DNA from: Acidimicrobiales bacterium
Lineage (GTDB): Bacteria; Actinomycetota; Acidimicrobiia; Acidimicrobiales; Aldehydirespiratoraceae
Direction of reading: 5' to 3'
NCBI GenBank assembly: GCA_965116195.1
Contig: OZ220491.1
Span: 3,005,432-3,069,431 of the forward strand
Length of the DNA stretch: 64,000 nt
The notes below the pieces were generated by a model that did no database searches, had not been told where the DNA came from, and was given only the letters and a program-made list of their open reading frames with translations. This document shows, one piece after another, positions 37,801 to 46,413 of the stretch (position 1 is the stretch's first letter; each line of letters begins with the position of its first letter). The position numbers and the translations under genes were made by a program.

Positions 37801-38129
37801 GCTTGGTGTGGCTTCGTCTCGTGGGGCTCAGCTTTGCATGACTCCGCCTCGTGGGGCTCAGCCCGGTGCCGCTCTGCTTCATGCGGGTCTGTTTGGGGTG
37901 TGTTCGTCTTGTGGAGCTCAGCCTCGGGTGCCTTTGCTTGATGCGATTCTCCCCGATGCTCTAGCAGTAAACGCTCGGCCAAGGCGGCAGCAACAATCCG
38001 TACCAGTACCCGGTTGATCCGCATCGGGCCGGTACCCAGCGGCCCCCGGATACCAGCCGTACCAAAGGAGAGCCGTCCGGCGAAGCGGCGACTCAACTCA
38101 CCCTCGTCACCCGAGAGCAGGTCTTGCAA
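34815..38129 (-). CDS. Phosphosugar mutase (alpha-D-phosphohexomutase family) fused to deoxyribose-phosphate aldolase (DeoC), with three large low-complexity inserts
   Basis: One 1104-aa frame. Mutase motifs: TASHNP, AHDPDADR, LTGDETG, RPSGTEPKIKVY. The DeoC part (~aa 850-1104) has MVKTSTGK and IKVAGGVRS. Inserts lie at ~37731-37958, 36740-36995 and 36134-36296. See the separate finding on the 5' end. Confidence 0.8.
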   Translation of the reverse strand: MQDLLSGDEGELSRRFAGRLSFGTAGIRGPLGTGPMRINRVLVRIVAAALAERLLLEHRGESHQAKAPEAELHKTNTPQTDPHEAERHRAEPHEAESCKAEPHETKPHQAETDQTDQHKSETGQSAQLLAEPHVVVGYDARHHSRDFATDMSRVLAARGVRVTMLPEPLPTPVLAFAVKHLGASAGLMITASHNPRDHNGCKVYWQGGAQLATPTDTQISELIDRIPPLTESSLAPQDHPLIATADDGLINAYINAIVGLLDPDGPRSARIAYTPLHGVGGTTFLRALRRAGFVEPSVVTEQAEPDPDFPTAPFPNPEEAGVLELLMRLAKANNADLAIAHDPDADRLAVAVPTNGTWQLLTGDETGCLLADYLLTQNSLEHSQRPGPDSRPNPRQPEPDSKPNHHQLESDSDSEPNRRPPGPYPEPSPRSPGPDLLTCGGETPRRPNHHPPEPDPEPSRRPLVINTVVSSRLLRRIAADHGADWDETLTGFKWIMQAHDLRTASHDLIFAYEDALGYAVGETVRDKDGISAALVMAELASRCADEGRRVNDLLDDLYRRHGVHATGQRSIRFEATSEQLSLRQQAMTALRKFPPELLAGTAVTGIRDFSLGDADETHAGTIAQELSDGGGEGGDIGPAGDFEPHRRRGGSSGGEGGDIGPAGNSVLAPADLLILELERKDGGADRVIVRPSGTEPKIKVYAESVVGVNEHDTTTVKMTGTDTVTVSSDAHEADTVTVLHADVSKTTTVLAHDHVADPGTMASTVTQSVSVIQAMSVTRADADPTEDSDAALLAAKVQGRTRVAALLDDAVRHVAEVERHKRFRFLNEAADQAATTQASRLATATPTGRARADELHLVVRCTDLTTLEGDDTPGRIRALCAQALRPDVADATVGPVAAVCVHPDLVALASELLAGTAVSVASVAGAFPSGLSPLEVRIAEVQAAVAAGADEIDTVLNRSAFLSGHEDIAAAELRALRSAAGQARLKVILEVCELGSSDAVAAATRLAMESGADMVKTSTGKGASGASLDAVLVMAKTVAHHCGSGGDPVGIKVAGGVRSAEEALKYLAIIRSVLGEDWLTPDLCRFGASSLLNNVVAELSTTPN

Positions 38130-38230
38130 TTCTGCACGGGTCTGAGGGTCGGGATCAGCCGCCAGCCAAGCCTCAGCCTGGCTACGTCTGTCTGCTGGGT
38201 GCTTTCCTATGACTTGCCTGCCTGTGGCAT

Positions 38231-38899
38231 TCAGTTTCCGGTACCGGTCGCCACCGGGCCCAACACCTGCTGGAACGACTCCAGGGCGTTGGTTATGTGG
38301 TGGCGGACGAGTTGTTTGGCGCGCTGCGCGTCGCCGGAGGCCACCGCCTCGTAAATGGCCTCGTGCTCCTCCCAGGTGATCAGCCCTCGCCTGTCGGTGA
38401 CCACCGAGAACACCATCTCGGTCTGACTGCGCAGCGGGTCAAGAACCTGTTTCAAGAAAGGAATCCCGGCCGCTGCTTCCAGGGCCAGATGGAAATCACG
38501 ATGGCAGGCTGCTGCGGCTACCTGGTCGTTGCGCTCGGTTGCCTGACGTGCTTTCTCAAGGCAGCGGCGGATCTGCCCGATGCTGTCGGGATCACGGCGC
38601 TCGGCTGCCTGTTCGACCGCATACCCCTCAACCAGGATCCTGACATGTTGCAGGTGGTGAACGGCACGCGTGTCAATGGTGGACACGTAGGCACCGCGCC
38701 GCGGCACTACCTCAATGAGGCCGGTTGACTCCAGCGACCGCAGTGCCTCACGAACAGGGTTGCGGCTCACTCCGAGTCGCTCGGCCAGCTGCCCCTCAAC
38801 CAGTCGCTCCCCCTGTCGCAGTTCACCATTGAGGATCAAAGTGCGCAGTTGGCCGGCAACCACCTGACGCAGCGGGCTCTCGTGATGGTCATCTGTCAC
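38231..38899 (-). CDS. GntR-family (FadR/FCD-type) transcriptional regulator
   Basis: 222 aa. LAERLGVSRNPVREALRSLESTGLIEVVPRRGAYV plus an FCD-like helical domain. AAGGAG lies upstream of the GTG start. Confidence 0.9.
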   Translation of the reverse strand: MTDDHHESPLRQVVAGQLRTLILNGELRQGERLVEGQLAERLGVSRNPVREALRSLESTGLIEVVPRRGAYVSTIDTRAVHHLQHVRILVEGYAVEQAAERRDPDSIGQIRRCLEKARQATERNDQVAAAACHRDFHLALEAAAGIPFLKQVLDPLRSQTEMVFSVVTDRRGLITWEEHEAIYEAVASGDAQRAKQLVRHHITNALESFQQVLGPVATGTGN

Positions 38900-39296
38900 C
38901 GTGGCTCCTTTCTTCGTGGGCCACTCACTGCCGGTCCGCCGGGGACTCGATCTGGTCAGGTTGTGTCGTGTTGTTGAGCTTGGACGGGAGTTGTCTCTCA
39001 GACCGGACTGGGAGCAGCGAGCTTGACCCGGACCGGGCTGATGGACTGCCTACATCTTGGCAGGTTCAACTCCAACTCCACCGACGGACTGTCAGACTCC
39101 ACCAATCAAAGGTGAATGTGTCTGCTCTGACGACCGAGGCGGTCAAGCGCATCCCATGGGCAAGCGAAGCGCACCGGTGCTGATGTGGTGATTTCTTGAT
39201 GACGATTGATCCGCCGCGTCACAGCGATATCAACCCCGTTACGATCATCGGTGGTGGTTGCCGCCCTGATGCCGCTGGTTGGTGTTGCGGATTCGG

Positions 39297-40802
39297 CTAG
39301 TTGATGTGGCGGGATGTGATTGCCATCACAGCTGCTGCGGTGGCTGAGGTGATAGCCGCGAAGCCCCAGGCCCAGCCGTAGGTGGTGGTCTCCACCAACA
39401 GGCCGAATAGCAGGGGGCCGCAGACCGCGCCCGTGAAGCTGCCTGTCATGGTGATACCGGTGGCCGCGCCCGGCGCGGAGGGGTTTGAGCGCACCACCGC
39501 CAAATGGAAAAGGCCCGGCCAGGCAAAGGAAGTGGCAAAAGCAAAGGGCATGGCTGTGAACAAGATCGCCTTTGAACCCACGGAGAACCCGATGAAGGCG
39601 ACCCCTGCCACCGCAAACATGGCGGTGAGCATGTTCCATGGGCTGATCGGAAAGCGGTCCGCGCCCGCGCCCATGACAAGTCTTGAGATTATGCCGACCA
39701 CGCTTCCTGCCATCAGCAGTATTCCCGCCGTGCCCTCCCCGATGCCGCTCTCGACGCTGGAGAGCACGAAGAAGGACCCGAGTGCCATTGATCCCATGGC
39801 GGCCAGGCAAGTGGAACTCGCCACTATCACCAGTAGCCGTACAGGCACGTCCGGGCGTGGCCGTGTGATCGGGCGCGGCTGATATGCGCCCGGCGCAGCT
39901 TCGGTCGCTGTTACGTCGCGCTTCGTGACGGGAACGTTGTGTGCGGTAGTGCCGCTCTGTGCAGTGGGGCCGCTTTGTGAGGTAGGCACGTGCTGTGTGG
40001 TAAGCCCGCCTTGTGGTTTAGTGCCGCGCTGAGAGGTAGAGCCACTCTGAGTAGGAGGCACGTCAGGTCCCAACGGTGCCGATAAAGCGACGGTGTTGTT
40101 GGCACCACTTTGCATAGTGGGCACGTGCTGTGGGGTAGTGCCGTGCTGTGTGGCAAGTCCGAATTGGGGGGTGGGGCTACTTTGGGCAGGTGGTACGTGC
40201 TGGGCAGTGGGTACGTGCTGTGTGGTGGGCACGGCCACTGATACTGCGAAGGCGAGAAGTCCTCCGAGCATGAAGGCCCAATTCCAACCTATGGTCAGAG
40301 CGACCGTTGGCACGGCCAGACCCCCCAGCAGCGAGGCCGCGGGTATGCCCGACTTCTGAATGCCGAGAGCCAGGCCTTGGCGACGCCTTGTGATGGCCCT
40401 GGCTACATAGAGGTTGGCCGCGGGCTGAGCCAGGGAGTTCCCCAGGCCAGCAGCGGCCACGAAGAGCAGCATCGCCAGCCAGTGGCCTGACAGCCCTCCG
40501 GCCCCCAACAGCACGACGCCTCCTATGGACGCGGCCAGACGCAGTGAAGCAGCCGGGCCGATCCGTTCGACCGCCCTGCCCGCCACAGCCGAGGTCGCCA
40601 CGCCGACACCGAAGAAGGCACTGACTGTCATGCCGATTTCCGTCTCGCCGAGGCCCAGATCGGCTCGGATTTGCACGGCCAGAGCGCTGACCAGCGTTGG
40701 TGCGAGGTTGGCAGCCGCGGTCACAAGCAAAGAAACAGTCACGACCGTTGCGAACCCGACAGTGGCCTTTGAGCGTTGCAGGCCAATCAACGCGTGCTGC
40801 AT
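39297..40802 (-). CDS. MFS transporter with a ~120-aa repeat-built central loop
   Basis: 501 aa with 6+6 hydrophobic helices. The loop (nt ~39860-40235) is built of TTQHVPT/AQSGxT-type repeats. Confidence 0.8.
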   Translation of the reverse strand: MQHALIGLQRSKATVGFATVVTVSLLVTAAANLAPTLVSALAVQIRADLGLGETEIGMTVSAFFGVGVATSAVAGRAVERIGPAASLRLAASIGGVVLLGAGGLSGHWLAMLLFVAAAGLGNSLAQPAANLYVARAITRRRQGLALGIQKSGIPAASLLGGLAVPTVALTIGWNWAFMLGGLLAFAVSVAVPTTQHVPTAQHVPPAQSSPTPQFGLATQHGTTPQHVPTMQSGANNTVALSAPLGPDVPPTQSGSTSQRGTKPQGGLTTQHVPTSQSGPTAQSGTTAHNVPVTKRDVTATEAAPGAYQPRPITRPRPDVPVRLLVIVASSTCLAAMGSMALGSFFVLSSVESGIGEGTAGILLMAGSVVGIISRLVMGAGADRFPISPWNMLTAMFAVAGVAFIGFSVGSKAILFTAMPFAFATSFAWPGLFHLAVVRSNPSAPGAATGITMTGSFTGAVCGPLLFGLLVETTTYGWAWGFAAITSATAAAVMAITSRHIN

Positions 40803-40863
40803 CTGGTGCTGTGTGTGCTACATTGACCGACAGTGGCCTTTGAGCGTTGCAGGCCAATCAACG
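40757..40863. repeat. 36-bp direct repeat (40757-40792 inside the MFS 5' coding end; 40828-40863 upstream of it)
   Basis: cgacagtggcctttgagcgttgcaggccaatcaacg occurs twice at 71-bp spacing. Confidence 0.9.
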
Positions 40864-41020
40864 TCGGTCTGCTGAAATCGCCCAATGTGTTGTCCCTCCT
40901 TTGGCTTGATGGCTGCCTGGTTCTGATGGCTGCGTATCTGTTGGTTGGTCTGCCTTGGTTTTGGTGACAGCCTGGTTCGGGGGTTCTGCTTGGGTTTGGA
41001 GGCTGCGTGGTCTGTTGGCT

Positions 41021-41124
41021 GGTGTCTGACTTGGCACGGTGGCTGAGTCGCTGGTGTCTGACTTGGCACGGTGGCTGAGTCGCTGGTGTCTGACTTGGCA
41101 CGGTGGCTGAGTCGCTGGTGTCTG
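41021..41124. repeat. Three tandem 32-bp repeats plus a partial fourth (ggtgtctgacttggcacggtggctgagtcgct)
   Basis: Copies at 41021, 41053 and 41085, with a partial copy at 41117. Confidence 0.9.
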
Positions 41125-41227
41125 CGTCCTTGGATGTCTGTGTTTGTGTCTGTGTCACGTGGTCGGCAAATTTCAGTTGTTCGGTGAGTTCCAGGTTGTC
41201 AGCCTATGGGCGTAGGGTTGTGCAACT

Positions 41228-41237
41228 TTGTATACAG
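41228..41237. promoter_or_regulatory. Palindrome TGTATACA, candidate GntR-type operator upstream of the aldehyde dehydrogenase
   Basis: Lies ~86 nt upstream of ATG 41322. The same GTATAC core sits in extended palindromes at 43127 and 54641. Confidence 0.3.
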
Positions 41238-41321
41238 CCGCAGAAGCGTTGCGTCGGCACTTCATGTCGGGCCTTCGTTCTCGGCGGCAGGCTCGGAAGC
41301 ATCCAGGCACGGAGGCGGTTC

Positions 41322-42803
41322 ATGGCACAGTTCCCAGCACAAATCCCGGTACAAATCACGGTGGAGAAGAGCGGCGACACCGATGAGGTTGGCATTCTCG
41401 TTGATGGTGTCATCAGGCCCGGCTCGGGACCCGAGCACAAGTTGGTCAGTCGCACCGACGGCAGCGTGCTTGCAGTCATGCGTACCGCAGGCCCCGACGA
41501 TGTGCGCTCGGCCTATGAGTCAGCAGCAACCGCCGCACCAGACTGGGCTGCCGCTGGCCCCGCCGCGCGCGCAGAGGTTCTGCACCGGGCTGCGAGCCTG
41601 TTCCGTGAGCATGCTGACGACTTGGCCCTCGTCATCAGTGCAGACATGGGCAAGCCTGCCTCTGAGGCCCGGGTGGAGGTGGCCAAAGGAGCCGCGGTGC
41701 TTGACTACTACGCCGAGCTTGGATATCGGCGTCTCGGCACCACATACAGGACGGACTTCGACGAAGACATCTTCACAGTGATTGAGCCTCTGGGAGTGGT
41801 CGCCTTGATCACGCCGTGGAACTTTCCCTTCACCATCCCGATTCGCAAGCTCTCGGCGGCTCTGGCAGCAGGCAATGCGGTCGTGTTCAAACCTTCCACC
41901 AACGCCGGAACAACAGGACTGGTCATCGCCACAACACTGCTTGAGGCGGGCCTGCCGTCGGGTCTGCTACAAGCTCCCATCGGCCGCAGTTCGGTGATCG
42001 AACAGGCCCTGCTGGAGGCACCAGAACTTCAGGGTGTCAGCCTCACGGGCTCATATGAGGCGGCCGTGGCCATCCGTCAGCGGCTGCGCATGGAGGTGCC
42101 GTTCCAGGCGGAGTTGGGGGGCAAGAACACGATTGTCATCTGGGCTGATGCTGATATCGCCAAGGCTGCCGACATCATCGTTGCGTCCAGCTTTCGCAAC
42201 AACGGACAGATCTGCACAGCAGCGGGCCGACTGTTGGTACACGCCGACATCTATGACGAACTGCTGGAACAAATCTCGCAACGGGTTGCTGTGATGACCG
42301 ACTGCACCGGAAGTGACAAAACCGGAAACGATGAACTGGGCATCTTGGTGAGTGATGCCGAGGCGAGTCGCATCGAGCAGTACGTGGCACTGGCAGAACA
42401 AGAGGCCCGTGAGGTGGTGCGCCCGGATCCCGCAGGCTGGCGTGATGGCAGGGTGGCACCCGCGCTGCTGGTTGAGCCGATGACTGGAACTCTCACCTCT
42501 GAAGAGATCTTCGGGCCGGTCGTGACCTTTGAGCGGATCAGCGACATCAAGGAGGCAGTCAGCAAGGCCAATGCAACCGACTATGGACTCACATCTGGCA
42601 TCGTCACCCGTGACATTGCGGTTGCACGCTGCTTCTGGCAGCACTCCCACGCAGGCACGGTCAAGGTCAACTCACCGCTCACGGGGGTGCCTTTTCATGT
42701 GCCGTTCGAGGGCTATGGACACTCGGGTGCGGGTTGGGCCGAGGGCGGTGAGTCTTCACTGGATTTCTTCACCCGTACCAAGACCGTCTATCTGCGCTCG
42801 TAG
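41322..42803 (+). CDS. NAD(P)-dependent aldehyde dehydrogenase
   Basis: 493 aa from ATG 41322 (GGAGG upstream). FQAELGGKN and NNGQICTAAGRLLVH (catalytic Glu and Cys contexts). Confidence 0.9.
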   Translation: MAQFPAQIPVQITVEKSGDTDEVGILVDGVIRPGSGPEHKLVSRTDGSVLAVMRTAGPDDVRSAYESAATAAPDWAAAGPAARAEVLHRAASLFREHADDLALVISADMGKPASEARVEVAKGAAVLDYYAELGYRRLGTTYRTDFDEDIFTVIEPLGVVALITPWNFPFTIPIRKLSAALAAGNAVVFKPSTNAGTTGLVIATTLLEAGLPSGLLQAPIGRSSVIEQALLEAPELQGVSLTGSYEAAVAIRQRLRMEVPFQAELGGKNTIVIWADADIAKAADIIVASSFRNNGQICTAAGRLLVHADIYDELLEQISQRVAVMTDCTGSDKTGNDELGILVSDAEASRIEQYVALAEQEAREVVRPDPAGWRDGRVAPALLVEPMTGTLTSEEIFGPVVTFERISDIKEAVSKANATDYGLTSGIVTRDIAVARCFWQHSHAGTVKVNSPLTGVPFHVPFEGYGHSGAGWAEGGESSLDFFTRTKTVYLRS

Positions 42804-42856
42804 AGCGATCAGGCGGCACCCGCTGGCGGTGCAAGGGTGCCCGAGCCTGCCAAGCA

Positions 42857-43020
42857 TTTTCGCAGCCGCGTTCTGCAACGCTGTCGGCATCCGCGACGAT
42901 GTCCGAGTTCTGCCTCTGTTTCGCAGGCGGGTTCTGCGTTGCTGCCGGTGGCTTTCAAATACGCTCCCATTGTCGGGTCAATGTGCAAGTTTTCGCAGGC
43001 GGGTTCTGGAGTGCTGCCGG
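42857..43020. repeat. Three degenerate ~31-nt repeats (ttttcgcaggcgggttctgcgttgctgccgg) at 61- and 71-bp spacing
   Basis: Copies at 42857, 42918 and 42989. Confidence 0.8.
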
Positions 43021-43126
43021 TATTCGCTGGTGGTGTCCGAACCCTGCTGTCGTTCTTTGCAGGTGTGGTCTGCATCGCCGTCGTCGGCCCGCTGGAGGTG
43101 ATGACTACTGCCACCAGTCGGACAGT

Positions 43127-43136
43127 TTGTATACAA
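43127..43136. promoter_or_regulatory. Palindrome TTGTATACAA, candidate GntR-type operator upstream of the family-5 SBP gene
   Basis: Perfect 10-bp palindrome ~107 nt upstream of ATG 43243. Confidence 0.3.
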
Positions 43137-43242
43137 CCAACTTGCGAACCTGCCTGTTGCAGGTGTACTGTTCGTCAGCCGACTGTTGGTCCTGCAGCCA
43201 CAGTCATCGTCAAACCGGGAATCCACTTGGGGGGTTATCCAT

Positions 43243-45069
43243 ATGCCAAGAAAATCATCCATGGCGCAGCGGCTTGTTTTTGCCCTGTTCGCCTTAGCGC
43301 TCGTTGCGGCTGCCTGCGGCGACGACTCAGACGACAGCACGTCCACAGCGGACGCTGAGGCTGACGCGGCTGCACTTGAGCAGGCGCGCGCTGAGGCTGA
43401 TGCTGCTAAGGCCGAAGCTGACGCTGCCGCAGAGGAAGCCGCGGCTGCTGCCGCCAGAGCGGCCGAGGCCGAAAATGCGCTCGCCGCAGCTGAAGAGGCC
43501 GTAGATCCTGAAGCTGTTGCCGAACTTGAGCAACAACTACAGGCTGCTCAGGCGGAGGCTGCTGCTGCTCAGGCCGAGGCGGCCGATGCTGCAGCTGCTG
43601 CGGCTGCTGCTGAGCAGGAGGCTGCTGCTGCCGAGATGGCAGCTGAGGAGCCTGATTTGATCACCATCGCAATCCTTGAAGGGCCCGGCAGGATTGATCC
43701 TCACTACCAGGATGGCGAGATGCGCCGCACCATGGAGAACGTTTATGAGCGACTCATTGAGCGTGATCTTGTCAACCCGTCCATCTTTGTGCCACGGCTG
43801 GCTGCCTCCTTGCCGGTGCTGATTGATGACACCACCTGGGAACTGAAACTGCGTCGGGATATCAGCTTCCACAACGGCGCACCCTTCAACGCCGAGACGG
43901 CCAAGTTCTCGATTGAGCGAATACTCAGCGACGAGTTCGATTCCGACCTCCGGGAGCAGGTCGAGACAATAGTTGGCGTTGACGTGGTGGACGAGTACAC
44001 GATCCGGATCAACACCAACGGTCCGGATCCGGTTCTGCCGGCCAGGCTCTACATGGTGCAGATGGTGGAACCGGGTGCCGCTGCGGACGGTCTGGAGGAC
44101 GAAGCTGTGGGCACGGGCCCGTACAGGTTTGTGGATTGGACACCCGGTGATTCGCTGACACTCACCCGCAACATGGACTACTGGGGGCCTGAACCCCAGA
44201 TTGATGAGGTGGAGTTTGTGTTCCTGCCCGACGAGCAGTCACGTGTGGCGGCAGTGCAGGCAGGTGAAGTGCATCTGGCAGTCGGGTTGTCGGCTGACTC
44301 GGCCGATGAGATGCCCAAGTTGTTCGTGCGTGACGAAGGTATTGAGTATCCGTATCTGCGACTCAAGAACTATGAGGGTCCTCTGGCTGACTATCCTGAG
44401 TTGAGTCTGGCCATGGCCCATGCGGTCAACGTTGATGACTATGTCGAATTCATCTACGAAGGGCAGGCCACTCGCTCCCAATGCCACATCTTCGGCTCAG
44501 GCGTTTTTGGCTACAACCCCGATCTCACCGACCGGCCCTATGATCCCGATCTGGCCAGAGAGATCATTGAGGAGTCCGGCTATCAGGGTGAGCCGATCAC
44601 CTTCTTGGCCAACGGTACCCGCTGGACCAAGTTTGATGAGTTGTCAGAGGCCATCAACGCGGACTTGACCGCTGTGGGGCTGAACATTGACTTCCAGTTG
44701 TTGCCTTGGGAGGTCTGGCTCTTTGACGAGTTCCTGAAGCCGGTCGGCGAGGTGGGGGCGGACATGTTCTTGTCGTCGGCGTCCAACGAACTTCAGGACG
44801 GCTCAAGGCTCGGTTCTTATATCGGTGACGAGAGTTCCACTTCCTCTTACAGTGACCCGGCGCTGGTTGACATGCTCAATGCTGCAAAGAGCGAACTTGA
44901 TCCGGTGGCTCGGGAGCAGATGTATCACGAGATCATGGAAATCACCTGTGACAGGGTTGCAGTGCTGCCGTTGTTGACCTATCTGAGTGTCAACGGTGGT
45001 TCAGACGAACTCAGTTGGATTCCACGTTATGACGACACTGCCCGTGTCGAGGACATGACGTTCAACTGA
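43243..45069 (+). CDS. ABC transporter substrate-binding lipoprotein, family 5 (DppA/OppA/NikA type), with a ~105-aa Ala/Glu-rich tether
   Basis: Lipobox LVAAAC. The A/E-rich region spans nt ~43333-43654, followed by an SBP_bac_5-like body. Confidence 0.85.
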   Translation: MPRKSSMAQRLVFALFALALVAAACGDDSDDSTSTADAEADAAALEQARAEADAAKAEADAAAEEAAAAAARAAEAENALAAAEEAVDPEAVAELEQQLQAAQAEAAAAQAEAADAAAAAAAAEQEAAAAEMAAEEPDLITIAILEGPGRIDPHYQDGEMRRTMENVYERLIERDLVNPSIFVPRLAASLPVLIDDTTWELKLRRDISFHNGAPFNAETAKFSIERILSDEFDSDLREQVETIVGVDVVDEYTIRINTNGPDPVLPARLYMVQMVEPGAAADGLEDEAVGTGPYRFVDWTPGDSLTLTRNMDYWGPEPQIDEVEFVFLPDEQSRVAAVQAGEVHLAVGLSADSADEMPKLFVRDEGIEYPYLRLKNYEGPLADYPELSLAMAHAVNVDDYVEFIYEGQATRSQCHIFGSGVFGYNPDLTDRPYDPDLAREIIEESGYQGEPITFLANGTRWTKFDELSEAINADLTAVGLNIDFQLLPWEVWLFDEFLKPVGEVGADMFLSSASNELQDGSRLGSYIGDESSTSSYSDPALVDMLNAAKSELDPVAREQMYHEIMEITCDRVAVLPLLTYLSVNGGSDELSWIPRYDDTARVEDMTFN

Positions 45070-45160
45070 TTTTGAAGTAGTAGCCGTTATATGCCTGCGA
45101 GGGGGTGTGGGCCCATTCACGGGTCTCGCACCCCCTCGGTTTTGCGGTGCGACTGATCCC

Positions 45161-46159
45161 ATGACGAAGATCTGCGTGGTGGGGGCGGGCGCGATCGGCG
45201 GATTGTTGGCAGTTCGGCTGTCGGCTGCGGGTCACGATGTGAGCGTCATAGCCCGCGGCAACAACCTGCAAACGATCAGACGTGACGGACTCAAACTGGT
45301 GGAGACTGACGGCACAAGCACTGTGGCGCTTGATTTGACCGCATCCGATGACTTCGGGTCGTTGCATACACACGACATCGTGATCCTTGCACTCAAAGCG
45401 CACCAGATCGCCCCTGTTGTTGACGGTTTGCGCCTGCTGTGCAACGGCGACACGATGATTGTGCCGCTACAGAACGGCATCGGCTGGTGGTACTTCCAGC
45501 GACACGGCGGCCCCTACGACGGGTATCGCCTCAGATCACTTGATCCGGACGGCACCATCGCAGCAGCCGTCGCATCAGAACGGATCGTGGCTTGCATCGC
45601 CTATCCGGCTGCCGAGAAGACCGCTCCAGGCGTGATCACGCACGTGGAGGGCGACAAGTTCCCGATTGGTGAGTTGGACGGCTCGAAGTCGCCTCGTGCT
45701 CTGACTCTTGCCGAAACCCTGACATCGGCAGGGTTCAAGTCCCGTGTGCTCACCGACATACGCTCACACCTCTGGGCCAAAGCCTGGGGCAACCTCGCCT
45801 TCAACCCGATCAGCGCGCTCACGGGAGCCACGCTGCTTGAAATCTGTAGCCTGCCGGCAACTCGACAGTTGGCTGCCGCCATGATGACCGAGGCGAGCCA
45901 CATCGCCGAGGCGTTGGGAGCCAATGTTCGCATCACCGTTGAGCGGCGTATCGCAGGTGCCGAGGCTGTGGGTCATCACAAGACCTCAATGCTGCAGGAC
46001 GCTGAGGCCGGCAAGACCCTGGAACTTGAACCCCTTGTCGGTGTGTTCGTTGAACTCGGTGAACTTGTTGGTGTGCCCACGCCCGCCATCAGCACGGTGT
46101 ATTCGCTGATGTCCCTGCTCAACCACCGACTGTCAGACGGCCAAGGGCAGCCACCTTGA
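45161..46159 (+). CDS. panE: 2-dehydropantoate 2-reductase (PanE/ApbA family)
   Basis: 332 aa. N-terminal Rossmann motif KICVVGAGAIGG. ApbA_C-like C-terminus with KTSMLQD. Confidence 0.8.
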   Translation: MTKICVVGAGAIGGLLAVRLSAAGHDVSVIARGNNLQTIRRDGLKLVETDGTSTVALDLTASDDFGSLHTHDIVILALKAHQIAPVVDGLRLLCNGDTMIVPLQNGIGWWYFQRHGGPYDGYRLRSLDPDGTIAAAVASERIVACIAYPAAEKTAPGVITHVEGDKFPIGELDGSKSPRALTLAETLTSAGFKSRVLTDIRSHLWAKAWGNLAFNPISALTGATLLEICSLPATRQLAAAMMTEASHIAEALGANVRITVERRIAGAEAVGHHKTSMLQDAEAGKTLELEPLVGVFVELGELVGVPTPAISTVYSLMSLLNHRLSDGQGQPP

Positions 46160-46413
46160 TGAGATGGTTGTCGTTCCCACGCACCCCCAGCAGACGCGGT
46201 GGTTGCGAGGCAACTCGCATGAAGGACCGGTTGTCGTTTGTGAAGTTCTTGGATTACTATGTGAGCGGTTGCTCATGGCTGAGCAGAGTTGCTCGTTGAG
46301 GCGGTTGTCGTTCGTGAACCTGTGACCACTTTGTGGGCGGCTGCCATGGCTGATCAGGTGCTCCTGTTGAGTTGGTTGTCGTCTGTGGATTCTGTTGACT
46401 GTGGGGTGAGGTT

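Noticed and set aside
39040-39075. T-loop-like GGTTCAACTCC in the GntR-MFS intergenic region
   Set aside because: The flanking bases do not form a T-stem or any cloverleaf.
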